DNA of 47,160 nt from a virus. Lineage: Duplodnaviria > Caudoviricetes. The notes under the pieces are model-generated. The model saw only the letters and a program-made list of their open reading frames with translations, searched no databases and was not told the DNA's origin. The stretch spans positions 1-47,160 of IMG/VR virus record IMGVR_UViG_3300026737_000012. The stretch is one strand, 5' to 3'. The first letter of the stretch is position 1; the number at the start of each line of letters is the position of its first letter. Shown here piece after piece: positions 16,339 to 24,957 of the stretch. The position numbers and the translations under genes are program-made.

Positions 16339-16796
16339 TCTTCATCATCCTTAGTTTTAGCTAAACCATTTTCTTCTTTAGCTATTTCTAAGAATTTATA
16401 TAAAACTGGACTGAGTTTCCTCTGGTTTTTAATGTTAGTTTTGTTAATATCCTGATCTAAACTCCATTCAACCAGTAGGCTGGCCCAGATATCATAGTTC
16501 GGGTTGTCATTATCCTTATACTCTTCTTTAGGAGTTAGTGTAAAGTCTTTATCGCCTCTCACCCGGACATTTTTAAATTTATTCTGCTTATTTTTAACAT
16601 ACTCATGCTCTCCAATGGTTAGCTGCCTATAACCTCTGACATAATTAACACCATCACTAACCGTTATAAACTCATTATCAACAGTAACCTTTAATTCATC
16701 ATCACTGTTAACACTTTTCCCTTTAACTTTAGTACTTTCAATAGTCCCTTCTTTTACTTTCCCTTCCATCTCTACAACTTTGTTATCTTCGCTCAT
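16329..16796 (-). CDS. Tail assembly chaperone gpG-like
   Basis: Between tail tube and TMP; ends GAA AAA AAC TAA. Confidence 0.8.
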   Translation of the reverse strand: MSEDNKVVEMEGKVKEGTIESTKVKGKSVNSDDELKVTVDNEFITVSDGVNYVRGYRQLTIGEHEYVKNKQNKFKNVRVRGDKDFTLTPKEEYKDNDNPNYDIWASLLVEWSLDQDINKTNIKNQRKLSPVLYKFLEIAKEENGLAKTKDDEEKN

Positions 16797-16821
16797 AATT
16801 TATTCCTCCTTAAGTGGTTTA

Positions 16822-16851
16822 AATAAAAACAGGCCATTTTACAGGCCTGTT
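16822..16851 (-). terminator. Terminator after the tail tube gene
   Basis: AACAGGCC-8nt-GGCCTGTT followed by TTTATTT. Confidence 0.7.
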
Positions 16852-16864
16852 AATAATCCATAAT

Positions 16865-17848
16865 TTAATACTGTGTATCCTGGCTATCAGTTAACATCAT
16901 TGCAACATTATATCCTGCAACTGTATCCCAGAAAGCATTAGCCTGAAGGCTAACAGTAACTTTATCAGGCCCACTGATATTAGCAGTAGCCTGAGTAATC
17001 TTTAATTTAGGATAATCAATTGTTAAAAACGGTGTTGAACCATCACTTGCTAAACCAACATCAAGCTTAACAGGTATGATATTATTAGCTTTTGCATCAG
17101 CTTTGAGTGTCTCATAGTGCGCTGCATCAAACTGCATTGTAATATCAATGTTATGGTCTCCGCCTTGAGCGTCTAAACTTCTACGCTTCTGACTTAATCC
17201 ATAATCCTCACCATCAATATTATTATTGTGAGTAAAGCTAAACTCATCAACGATACCGGTAATATCCTCATCAGTTCCACCTGCATCCCAGGTCGCTGTA
17301 GTTTCCCAGCTGAATAATTTTTCTCCTGTGTTTTCTGTAGGTGAAACTGAAGGTTGTCCTGTACCAGCTTCACTTTCAAGGGATAATATACTTGCAGTAT
17401 AAGTAATAATAGACTGTTCAGAAAGACTAAACTGCAGCTGACTTATTTTAGATCCTTTATAAAGTTCCCAGTATGGATCATCTGAGAAAAACTTAAGGAA
17501 AGTAAGCCAGTTATCCATCTTTTGACCAGGTTGGAAAGTGTGTTTATACGGTCCAGTACCTGCTCCCAAATCCTCTGGTGCCGCTTGCTCCGGCCCAATA
17601 GAATGTTTTAATATCATCGGCAGTGTTTGTCTCGATACTTCTGCCGGTATATCTCCACCAGGACCTTCAGATGTTTTGTAACCATCCTGGGCAAACCTGT
17701 TACCTGTCAGTGCTTCACTCTGAACAGTGTTAATGTTGTCTTCAAGGTTGTTACCTGTTGCCAGCAATTTGGTTAGAGTAGTAGCAGCTGTAACTTTATC
17801 AGCCTGCTCTCCTATCGCTGTAACAGAATTTCTTCCTGTTGCTCCCAT
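16865..17848 (-). CDS. Major tail tube protein
   Basis: Phage_tube_2-like features (PYKHTF.P, Y.G.KI..L.FS, FSFTHNNN+); synteny; no sheath gene seen. Confidence 0.85.
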   Translation of the reverse strand: MGATGRNSVTAIGEQADKVTAATTLTKLLATGNNLEDNINTVQSEALTGNRFAQDGYKTSEGPGGDIPAEVSRQTLPMILKHSIGPEQAAPEDLGAGTGPYKHTFQPGQKMDNWLTFLKFFSDDPYWELYKGSKISQLQFSLSEQSIITYTASILSLESEAGTGQPSVSPTENTGEKLFSWETTATWDAGGTDEDITGIVDEFSFTHNNNIDGEDYGLSQKRRSLDAQGGDHNIDITMQFDAAHYETLKADAKANNIIPVKLDVGLASDGSTPFLTIDYPKLKITQATANISGPDKVTVSLQANAFWDTVAGYNVAMMLTDSQDTQY

Positions 17849-17862
17849 TTATCTCACTCCTT

Positions 17863-18282
17863 CTATAAGTTGTCATAATAATTTCTGCCCTCAATTAATA
17901 TCATTGCAATGAACTCGATATTATCAGAGGGGCCACGTCTCATATATTTAACTGTAATATTAACACCCTGATTTAAAGTTCCATCTAATCTAGGGTGCTG
18001 CTTAATAATCTCAACTAAACCGTCTACTTTACCGACAAAAGCTGTCATATCTCTGCTTTCTGGTGCTTCTTCAACATAATATACTTTTACTCTGCCACCA
18101 TCATCATAGTTAAAATTAAGCCCTTTACCGAGCAATGACTGTCCTGTATCTGGCTCAGCGCAAATAGCCGGATAATCTTCAGCTACAAAATCATCAAAAT
18201 AACCAGTGAAATCATAATTAATGGTTGTATTAGCAGCTAAAATAGTTTTAACAGCTTCTAAAGTTTGACTCATTATACTCAT
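17863..18282 (-). CDS. Putative tail completion/terminator protein
   Basis: Size, YPAI..EP motif, position before the tube gene. Confidence 0.5.
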   Translation of the reverse strand: MSIMSQTLEAVKTILAANTTINYDFTGYFDDFVAEDYPAICAEPDTGQSLLGKGLNFNYDDGGRVKVYYVEEAPESRDMTAFVGKVDGLVEIIKQHPRLDGTLNQGVNITVKYMRRGPSDNIEFIAMILIEGRNYYDNL

Positions 18283-18698
18283 AATTCACGCCACCTTATT
18301 GTAACCTTTATGACTGACTGCCACGCCTGTAAAACTTCATTGAACTCAGGTTGTGGTGAAGACTCATCATATTCAACTGAATAAGTTTTGATATCAGCAT
18401 TTGATAAATCAGCCTCATCTAAAACTTTTTTGACTTCAGAAACGAACCATACAATTGCTACATCACCATTACTGACATTAGAATAACTGTTAAGAAAAAA
18501 AGGTGTTTCATAAATCCCTTTTCTGTTTTTATACTTATGATCAGTAACAATCTCGTGACAGATAGCATATTTATCAAAGCCCGGGCCAGCTTCATCCGGT
18601 TTCAACTGATTAAACTTAGTCATTGGCCTTATTTTATCCAAAGCAGTAATATTGTTTAGCAGTTTAGATTCTAAAGCCTGTAGTAAATCCAACATCAA
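18279..18698 (-). CDS. Putative tail terminator/neck protein (gp17-like)
   Basis: Synteny after the HK97-gp10-like gene; size. Confidence 0.5.
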   Translation of the reverse strand: MMLDLLQALESKLLNNITALDKIRPMTKFNQLKPDEAGPGFDKYAICHEIVTDHKYKNRKGIYETPFFLNSYSNVSNGDVAIVWFVSEVKKVLDEADLSNADIKTYSVEYDESSPQPEFNEVLQAWQSVIKVTIRWREL

Positions 18699-18880
18699 AA
18701 CTCACCAACTTCCTGACTTCTCTTTGTACATAAGCGATTATTTTATATTTGGCATTTTCCCAGGCTGTATGCATAAACTTATAAGCCTGAATACCAGGGG
18801 AATCACCATATTTATACCATGCAGGTTTATTAGGATGGCCTGATTTAGCTCCTCGCTGCCCGGTTCCATATTCAACGAAT
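18664..18880 (-). CDS. HK97 gp10-like protein, exon 2
   Basis: Manual: (V)FVEYGTGQRGAKSGHPNKPAWYKYGDSPGIQAYKFMHTAWE...; no start codon or SD of its own. Confidence 0.88.
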
Positions 18881-19096
18881 CAATTTTGTTATCCTAAAAG
18901 TTTTTTATCTTTTAGTTCTTGAAGTTTCCAACAAGTTCAGCATATATTTTCAACCAATAAAAAAGACAACCACATTACTGGTTGCCGGACACTCTTGGAG
19001 GTTTTATATTCTTGAATTAAGTTTCAACCTCTATGCGTTACAATTCCTTTATCTTTTTAAAACAAAGGTTATCTCGGTATTGTCTTATATTATTGT

Positions 19097-19903
19097 TTAA
19101 ACCCAAGTCCATGTTCTTCCTTGATTTATTGAGTAAACTATATGTTTAGATATATCCATGTTTCTAGCGATTTTGATTGGTTTTTCTCCATTTTTTAAGC
19201 GGTTTTTAATTTCTTTGGCTATTTCTTTTGTTATTTTAGCTTTGTTATTTTTTTCCCCTCTGGCAATTGCAATATCTTCTCCAGGAGCTCTTAACAATCT
19301 TTTGCCTCTATCGCCTTTTCTATATCTTTCATATAACATTTTAGAATTAAGGTTCAACTTCTCGGCAATTTGTAATAATGTATATTCCTTACCTCGATAT
19401 TCTATATTTATATTACTGCTTCTGTTATTGGCTTGTTTTTTATTTGTCGACCATCTACAATTTTCAGGGGAATAGTTACCATCATTATTTATTCTATCAA
19501 TGGTTAAGTTATTTTTGTATCCATTATCTTTTGCCCATAACATAAAAGCTTCAAAATCATTTTGCCATTCATCACAAACTTCAATACCTCGCCCACCATA
19601 ATTATCATATCTTTTCTTTTTGGGGTTATAGCATCTAGCTTTCATGCCTAGCCAAATTCCATATAATCTAGTACCTGTCATCCCATGGGTTTCTCTACCT
19701 AAATTTTTTTCATCTTGCTCATCTTTTAAGCATCCACAGGATTTAACTTGACCTCTTTTTAAACAATCAGATCTTACACTTTTTTTATTTCCGCATTCGC
19801 ATCTGCATAGCCAGTAAGTCCGCCTTTTAGTTCTTTCCCAATCAATTTCAATCGCTTTCAATCTTCCAAACATTCTACCGCTTAAATCTTCTCTTTTTCC
19901 CAT
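19097..19903 (-). CDS. Intron-encoded HNH-type homing endonuclease with C-terminal HTH
   Basis: DL.G..FGRL, WLCRCECG, KSCGC, W..MK.RC, YGGRGI.VC..W, TIDRINNDGNYSPENCRW. Confidence 0.9.
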   Translation of the reverse strand: MGKREDLSGRMFGRLKAIEIDWERTKRRTYWLCRCECGNKKSVRSDCLKRGQVKSCGCLKDEQDEKNLGRETHGMTGTRLYGIWLGMKARCYNPKKKRYDNYGGRGIEVCDEWQNDFEAFMLWAKDNGYKNNLTIDRINNDGNYSPENCRWSTNKKQANNRSSNINIEYRGKEYTLLQIAEKLNLNSKMLYERYRKGDRGKRLLRAPGEDIAIARGEKNNKAKITKEIAKEIKNRLKNGEKPIKIARNMDISKHIVYSINQGRTWTWV

Positions 19904-19926
19904 GTGATATACACTCCTTTATTTAC

Positions 19927-19937
19927 ATTATACCACA
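19927..19937 (-). promoter_or_regulatory. Extended -10 promoter for the intron endonuclease
   Basis: TGTGGTATAAT followed by AAAGGAG SD and ATG at 19903. Confidence 0.7.
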
Positions 19938-20040
19938 TTCGGAAGGTATATAAAACATGTTAGTTACAATAATATTTAGATTTCACCGAATTTGCCCGGT
20001 TTATTACTTTTATATTACTACAAAAGACGGCATTCTTTTT

Positions 20041-20306
20041 ACCGCATAATCCATTGGAGTAGCAACAACGCCATCTACAAAGCCAAATTTATTGCGAACA
20101 AATGAAAAAACACTGGCTCTGAGAGTCCCAGTGTCAACAAGTCCCATATTTGTTATTTGCTTTTTAACCTCAGCCTCTAAAATGAAAGCAGCCTGCAGCA
20201 TAATCACTTCTAATTCTGTCTCAACATCACTTTTAATCTTCTGTAACTGATGAATCGTATCGTCTAGTCCTTTGAAATCCACTTCTATCCAGGCATTTTG
20301 TGCCAT
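20041..20306 (-). CDS. HK97 gp10-like protein, exon 1 (spliced product 160 aa)
   Basis: VDTGTLRAS and ...MDYA motifs; the tracked C-terminus KRMPSFVVI is intron read-through. Confidence 0.88.
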
Positions 20307-20314
20307 AATATCAC

Positions 20315-20641
20315 CTAACTTAATCTAACTAAGCTGCATTTGATTTTCCTGTTAAAAGGCTTTCTTATCGGACCAACAATTTTATACTGGCCGTCTATAA
20401 TATCGCCTTCTTTTAGCTTATTTGTCAGCATTCCGGTTAAATGAGCACTGCCGGTATAAGACTCACCCTGTTCAGATGTATTATAAGATGCTGCATTCTC
20501 AACTATTTTGCAGGGATAATTTTCAATGATAGTTTCAAAGGTTGGATCAGTACCGGTTCCATCATCAAAGTTATAATCAGATCCAGAACTATCACTGTCA
20601 TTATTAACCTGTCTGGTAACTTTTACATGTGTGTAATCCAT
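20315..20641 (-). CDS. Putative head closure/stopper protein
   Basis: Synteny; LKEGDII beta-barrel-like motif. Confidence 0.55.
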   Translation of the reverse strand: MDYTHVKVTRQVNNDSDSSGSDYNFDDGTGTDPTFETIIENYPCKIVENAASYNTSEQGESYTGSAHLTGMLTNKLKEGDIIDGQYKIVGPIRKPFNRKIKCSLVRLS

Positions 20642-20651
20642 TTAATCCACC

Positions 20652-21023
20652 TCATATCATATCTACAGAAATAGTTGAGCCTGAGCCTTCTTCATCTTCT
20701 TCATCTACATAGTCTTCCCACATATCCATGACTTCTGCCGGTACATCAGAAAACTGTCCGAACTGATTTTTGACATTATACTTAACGCTCGAATCATCAT
20801 CAGACTCTGATTCAGCTCCGGTCTTTCTAGAAAAGTTGAAGTCAACATATTTGCAGACACTGACTTTTAACACTGGATCTGTAGTTGATTCACCGGTTAT
20901 CTTTTCACATTTAGAGTTACCTGCAGCTAAAAGCATTTCTAATTTACTGTTATAATTATCTATTTCTTGAGGTATTTCTAAATAATCTTTAACCTCATTT
21001 AAAGTGGCATACTCAACCATCAT
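20652..21023 (-). CDS. Head-tail connector/adaptor protein
   Basis: YATLNEVKDYL, G.ESES...SVKY typical of gp6/gp15-like adaptors. Confidence 0.75.
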   Translation of the reverse strand: MMVEYATLNEVKDYLEIPQEIDNYNSKLEMLLAAGNSKCEKITGESTTDPVLKVSVCKYVDFNFSRKTGAESESDDDSSVKYNVKNQFGQFSDVPAEVMDMWEDYVDEEDEEGSGSTISVDMI

Positions 21024-21397
21024 TATTCACCATCTTTTTCAGCAAGAGCCTCTTTGACTGCAGCTAACAGCTTATCCTTATCATTTCTCAGGCCGCTTCT
21101 GCCTTCTAATTTTATGTCCTGGGCTACTTCATATAATTCATCAGAATTCATTTCCTCTAACTCTTCATCAGTTGGCTGATCATTTTCTTTTTTGCTGGAA
21201 TCATCTTCATTTTCAGCAGGTGGTTTGGGTTCTTTTTCTTCAATCTCTCCTATAACTTTTGAAACTAGATCATTATCTTTGAAGAAAGAAACATCTTTCT
21301 CATCAACCTCTATTTCAGAACCAGCTCTATGTCGATTGCCGTTATATTTAACTTTTCCAGATAGTTTAACTTTTACTTTTTTACTCATTAATCGCAC
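21023..21397 (-). CDS. Small head-associated protein with Rho-N/HeH-like C-terminus
   Basis: VKYNG..H.AG..IEV N-terminus; LEEM...ELYEVA....LEGRS.L..DKLL; start may be 21388. Confidence 0.6.
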   Translation of the reverse strand: MRLMSKKVKVKLSGKVKYNGNRHRAGSEIEVDEKDVSFFKDNDLVSKVIGEIEEKEPKPPAENEDDSSKKENDQPTDEELEEMNSDELYEVAQDIKLEGRSGLRNDKDKLLAAVKEALAEKDGE

Positions 21398-21408
21398 CCC
21401 TTTTCTTG

Positions 21409-21434
21409 AATAGGGCCCATTTCTAGGCCCTATT
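21409..21434. terminator. Hairpin after the major capsid gene
   Basis: AATAGGGCC-8nt-GGCCCTATT. Confidence 0.6.
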
Positions 21435-21455
21435 GATTAATTATATTTAATTTGA

Positions 21456-22541
21456 TTAGGCAGTATGCACATTAAGCACATAGACCTGATCTATTCTTTC
21501 AAAACTTGGCAGCACAATTCCTGAAACAGTTGTTTTGACATTTACAGGAGTTGTTTCCAGCTCTGTGGTAACTGCAATACCAGTATCAACAATTTGAACA
21601 TCTGCATTACTGTTACCAGTCATAAGGTCAGACTCTTCCGGAGTTGTACCGTAATAAGTATTACCCAGAGTTCCTGTAGGTAATAATGAAAATACATCAT
21701 CAGGGAAGAATAAGTTCCCAGACTGATTTTTAACTGTTTTAGAATACTTTTTATTATAAACTGTAACAGTCAAGCCGAGCTTATTAGAGAGATAATTTCT
21801 CATAATCTCGTCAGTCATAATCAAAGTACCGCCGCTGGCATAACCATTAGCAATAATATCCCCTCTGATGCTTTCGTTCTGAATTAAATAATTCCATGTT
21901 TTACGAGTACAAACCGCTCTGGTAGGTCTTTCTCCAGTCTCTTCTTCAATAGTATCCTGAGCAGACTGAATGTCTTCAACAGGATTAGAATTGGCAATAT
22001 CAGACCACATATCGGTGCCAGTTAATGTTTCCTTATGATTTGATAAGTCATCATTAGGATCATAATCATAAACATAAGCCTTTCTATTAGCCTCAATGCT
22101 GATTCCAAAAGTTGAAATTAACTGCATTCTCATTCTCTCCGCCTGCACTTCAGCACCATTAACCAGCCCAGCTGCATCATCAAAGATGTTTCTAAGCATT
22201 GGCTGAATTAATTCGCTGTTTCTAGCAGCCATCAAGTTGTTAATATCCTGTCTGTCTTTCTCGCCAATTCTCATTGACTCTCTGAAGAATGGCATTTCAG
22301 TTTCGATTTCACTAAAACCGATTCTATCTCTAAGAGTTGGTTTAGCGTCAAAGTTTGAAGGTGTTAACGCTACAGGAAGACCTCCAGCTCCTTTAATCCA
22401 TTTTAAATCCAATCCCAACTGTTTCTGTCTGGGAAATAATGCTCTTCCCAGATAAGGGATTGAGTTCGATTGTTTCTCTTTATAATAACTAGCTATTTCT
22501 TCTGCATTTGCAAAATCATAAATGCTTGGCATAGTTTTCAC
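21456..22541 (-). CDS. Major capsid protein (lambda gpE-like family)
   Basis: YLG..LFP, S.FDAK..LRDR, MPFFRES..I.E.DRQ, G.T.YGTTPEE, LPSFE. Confidence 0.92.
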   Translation of the reverse strand: MKTMPSIYDFANAEEIASYYKEKQSNSIPYLGRALFPRQKQLGLDLKWIKGAGGLPVALTPSNFDAKPTLRDRIGFSEIETEMPFFRESMRIGEKDRQDINNLMAARNSELIQPMLRNIFDDAAGLVNGAEVQAERMRMQLISTFGISIEANRKAYVYDYDPNDDLSNHKETLTGTDMWSDIANSNPVEDIQSAQDTIEEETGERPTRAVCTRKTWNYLIQNESIRGDIIANGYASGGTLIMTDEIMRNYLSNKLGLTVTVYNKKYSKTVKNQSGNLFFPDDVFSLLPTGTLGNTYYGTTPEESDLMTGNSNADVQIVDTGIAVTTELETTPVNVKTTVSGIVLPSFERIDQVYVLNVHTA

Positions 22542-22564
22542 CCTTCCGTTTTAGTTAATTTTAT

Positions 22565-22966
22565 TTATTCTATTAAACTGATTAAATCAGTTAAATTACT
22601 TTTTACATCATCAACAAGTGCTTCTGGCAGTTTGCTTGGATCAACAAAACCATGAACAAGCATAGCTCCACCGGCCGGGCCATGAGTTACATCAACATCA
22701 TTTAACAGAATGCCTTCTACATCAACACCTGCACCAGTAGTTCCAGTTGCAGCTCCCTGTGTGTTCTTTTTCTCTACCTTTAAGCTTTCATCTTCAAGTG
22801 CTGCTCCACCAACACCTCCAACAGGACTCCCTGCAGGTAATATTTTTTTACCTTCTGAGTTAGCAGCAACATTTGTATCATCAACAGTTACGGCTAAAGC
22901 AACATAATGATCAGGAAACTTTAAAACTTCTTCTCTGTTCGAATAATCAACCTGAGTATATCTCAT
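22565..22966 (-). CDS. Head decoration protein
   Basis: GKKI+PAG, GILLNDVDVT.G, HGFVD..KLP; between scaffold and MCP. Confidence 0.75.
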   Translation of the reverse strand: MRYTQVDYSNREEVLKFPDHYVALAVTVDDTNVAANSEGKKILPAGSPVGGVGGAALEDESLKVEKKNTQGAATGTTGAGVDVEGILLNDVDVTHGPAGGAMLVHGFVDPSKLPEALVDDVKSNLTDLISLIE

Positions 22967-22998
22967 TAATTTTCACCATCCTTAATTATTTAATAATA

Positions 22999-23691
22999 TT
23001 AATTATCTCCAAAGTAATGACTTTGGGCTTTTTCAGCTTCAGCGTCAGTTTCAGTCCCGCTTTGAGCTAACTTCTTACCAAAGCCACCTTTGCCTTTCTT
23101 TTTGCTGCCCCCATTAATTCCATCAAGAACAGAACCGCCATTCTGCAGCTCTTTGATAACAGCATCTTTGATAGCATCCTGAGCAGCCTTCATGCTTTCT
23201 ATTCTTTCTTCAACATCAGCTTCAGCAAGTTCTGGGTTTACCTGGTGCATTTGATCAACATCAATAAACTCAGCAAGCTCTTTATTTAATTCTGATTCAG
23301 CAACTTTCTCTGCCTTATGGGCTCTAAGTTCTTTCTTTCTGAGCTCATTCTCTTTATCCTGGAGCTCCTGCTGCTTTGCTTCCAGTTTTTCTTCTTCTGA
23401 CATTGTTTCCTGCTCCATCTCTTTCATTTTCTTTTTTAAGTTACCAATATCATTACGATAGCGGTCAAGCTCTTTTTTATTTTCCTCTTTTATCTTATCC
23501 AGTTTTGCCTGCAATTTTTCAGCTTCAGTTAATTTTTCATCATCACCGGTTGAGCCTTCATCTCCACCCTCGTCTCCTTCAGGGTTGGAATCGTCTCCAC
23601 CTTCATCTCCTCCAGCAGATCCTCCCTGAGGGTTAGCTCCACCATCAGCATCCAGCATAAACATAGGTACAAATCTTCCGTTAATCCACAT
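22999..23691 (-). CDS. Capsid scaffolding protein (DUF4355-like)
   Basis: Gly/acidic N-terminus, coiled-coil with MSEEEK, FGKKLA C-terminus. Confidence 0.8.
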   Translation of the reverse strand: MWINGRFVPMFMLDADGGANPQGGSAGGDEGGDDSNPEGDEGGDEGSTGDDEKLTEAEKLQAKLDKIKEENKKELDRYRNDIGNLKKKMKEMEQETMSEEEKLEAKQQELQDKENELRKKELRAHKAEKVAESELNKELAEFIDVDQMHQVNPELAEADVEERIESMKAAQDAIKDAVIKELQNGGSVLDGINGGSKKKGKGGFGKKLAQSGTETDAEAEKAQSHYFGDN

Positions 23692-23854
23692 AATTAATAT
23701 TCACTCCTCTACCGTCTTCTACAGTATTGAGACCACTTAATGATTAAGAGTTCTCTCAGTATCGCCGGTTAATTTTAGTATTTTATATACATTATCCCGT
23801 CTTCATTAGTCAGCCCGTCTAAAATAGCCCGTTCCTTCTAAATCGCCGGAATTA

Positions 23855-23876
23855 GAAAAACACCCTTTCAGGTGTT
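23855..23876 (-). terminator. Terminator closing the accessory cluster in the head module
   Basis: AACACC-TGAAAG-GGTGTT followed by TTTCT. Confidence 0.55.
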
Positions 23877-24231
23877 AGTTTTCAGTCCATGGTTTAAAGT
23901 TTTTGATTTCATTTACTGCTTTCTCATTCCACTGGCCACCAAAGTTAATCCCTCTGTCATCCACTATTGCTACAGCAGGAACCTTTTCCCTAACTACATC
24001 ATCAACCTCAATCTCATGTTCGATTAACCAATCCTCAATTGCTTCGAGTCCACCTTCCTGGTGGCAGCGAGAAGAATGAACAACAACTTCAAAGTCTTTT
24101 CTAAGTAATTGTATTGCACTATTTACATTCTCAACTGGCGGGTCCGGTATAACATCAGCACCCTGCCAGCCTGATTTATAACTGTGAATAACACCATCAA
24201 AATCTAATATAATAGTTTTCTTATCTGGCAT
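23875..24231 (-). CDS. Minimal HAD-superfamily phosphatase-like protein
   Basis: IILDFDGVIH (DxD motif I), HSSR, K, IVDDR. Confidence 0.8.
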   Translation of the reverse strand: MPDKKTIILDFDGVIHSYKSGWQGADVIPDPPVENVNSAIQLLRKDFEVVVHSSRCHQEGGLEAIEDWLIEHEIEVDDVVREKVPAVAIVDDRGINFGGQWNEKAVNEIKNFKPWTEN

Positions 24232-24513
24232 TTAGTCTACCTCCTCTACTTTTTCGTAAGTTTTATGGAATATATCTGGTTTACAAGGATAAAATTCATC
24301 ATTGACACCTTTTATAATGTAATCTCCTTCTTTAGCAGTCATTGCCCCTTCTAAAGTATTAATAATCATTGTATTGCCTCTTAATTCAACAACTTCATCG
24401 GCTGACAGAGTGTTGTCAGTTTCGTCAATCCAATTACAAATATCAAGATAACTTTCTAGGCAATAATATTCCATAGCTTCTATAATAACTGGTTTCTTGC
24501 GATATTTTGGCAT
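24232..24513 (-). CDS. Conserved phage protein (KYRKKPV...TLEG...GDYII...FYPCKPDIF family)
   Basis: Recognisable widespread phage family motif; GAGGAGG SD. Confidence 0.8.
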   Translation of the reverse strand: MPKYRKKPVIIEAMEYYCLESYLDICNWIDETDNTLSADEVVELRGNTMIINTLEGAMTAKEGDYIIKGVNDEFYPCKPDIFHKTYEKVEEVD

Positions 24514-24535
24514 TTAATCTGCCTCCTCTACTTGT

Positions 24536-24604
24536 TTATATGGTTAAGCGAATCATTAAATTAACTACAGCTAAAGCTAATAATATTTCCCAAATATATT
24601 CCAT
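24536..24604 (-). CDS. 22-aa hydrophobic peptide
   Basis: Manual: MEYIWEILLALAVVNLMIRLTI; GGAG SD; fills the gap between genes. Confidence 0.5.
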   Translation of the reverse strand: MEYIWEILLALAVVNLMIRLTI

Positions 24605-24614
24605 TTAACCACTC

Positions 24615-24839
24615 CTAAAGTTGTATCCCTATAATTCTAACTCCGTCAGAATGTTTATGATTTAAGTTATCATCATAAGTTTTAGCAATATACTTCTTTT
24701 TCTTAGGAATATTAACATAAGGGACTACTATAGTTTCAAAAGCTGGATAATCTTTTATATCAAGATCAAGTTTAACACCTTTATTTTTCTCCCAGTTCGA
24801 TTGCATTAATTTTAATAATTCCTCTTTGCTCACCTTCAT
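24615..24839 (-). CDS. Conserved hypothetical phage protein
   Basis: E.IV.P..N...K..Y...TYDDNL motif; GAGGAGG SD. Confidence 0.7.
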   Translation of the reverse strand: MKVSKEELLKLMQSNWEKNKGVKLDLDIKDYPAFETIVVPYVNIPKKKKYIAKTYDDNLNHKHSDGVRIIGIQL

Positions 24840-24954
24840 CTAATCCCTCCTCAACTTTGATAATTATTTTGCCTCCACAATTAGGGCATCTTTCAATATC
24901 CTTTTTATCTGGCCTATAATTACAAATTTCGCATTCTTCTATAATTTTAGTCAT
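24781..24954 (-). CDS. 57-aa zinc-ribbon protein
   Basis: Manual: MTKIIEECEICNY...RCPNCGG. Confidence 0.55.
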   Translation of the reverse strand: MTKIIEECEICNYRPDKKDIERCPNCGGKIIIKVEEGLDEGEQRGIIKINAIELGEK

Positions 24955-24957
24955 ATT

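Larger units (their letters stand above)
18881..20040 (-). mobile_element. Group I self-splicing intron (1160 nt) with internal homing endonuclease
   Basis: Exon 1 ends in U, intron ends in G; P1 GCGGU/GCCGU with U.G at the splice site; P10 GAAU/AUUC; P3 CCGGGCA/UGUCCGG; P4 UUCGGU/ACCGAG; P7 GCAUA/UAUGC; splicing restores DYAVFVEYGT. Confidence 0.92.

Noticed and set aside
20010-20306. Truncated gp10 pseudogene disrupted by an HNH insertion
   Set aside because: Group I core pairings and a precise in-frame splice junction restore the full gene
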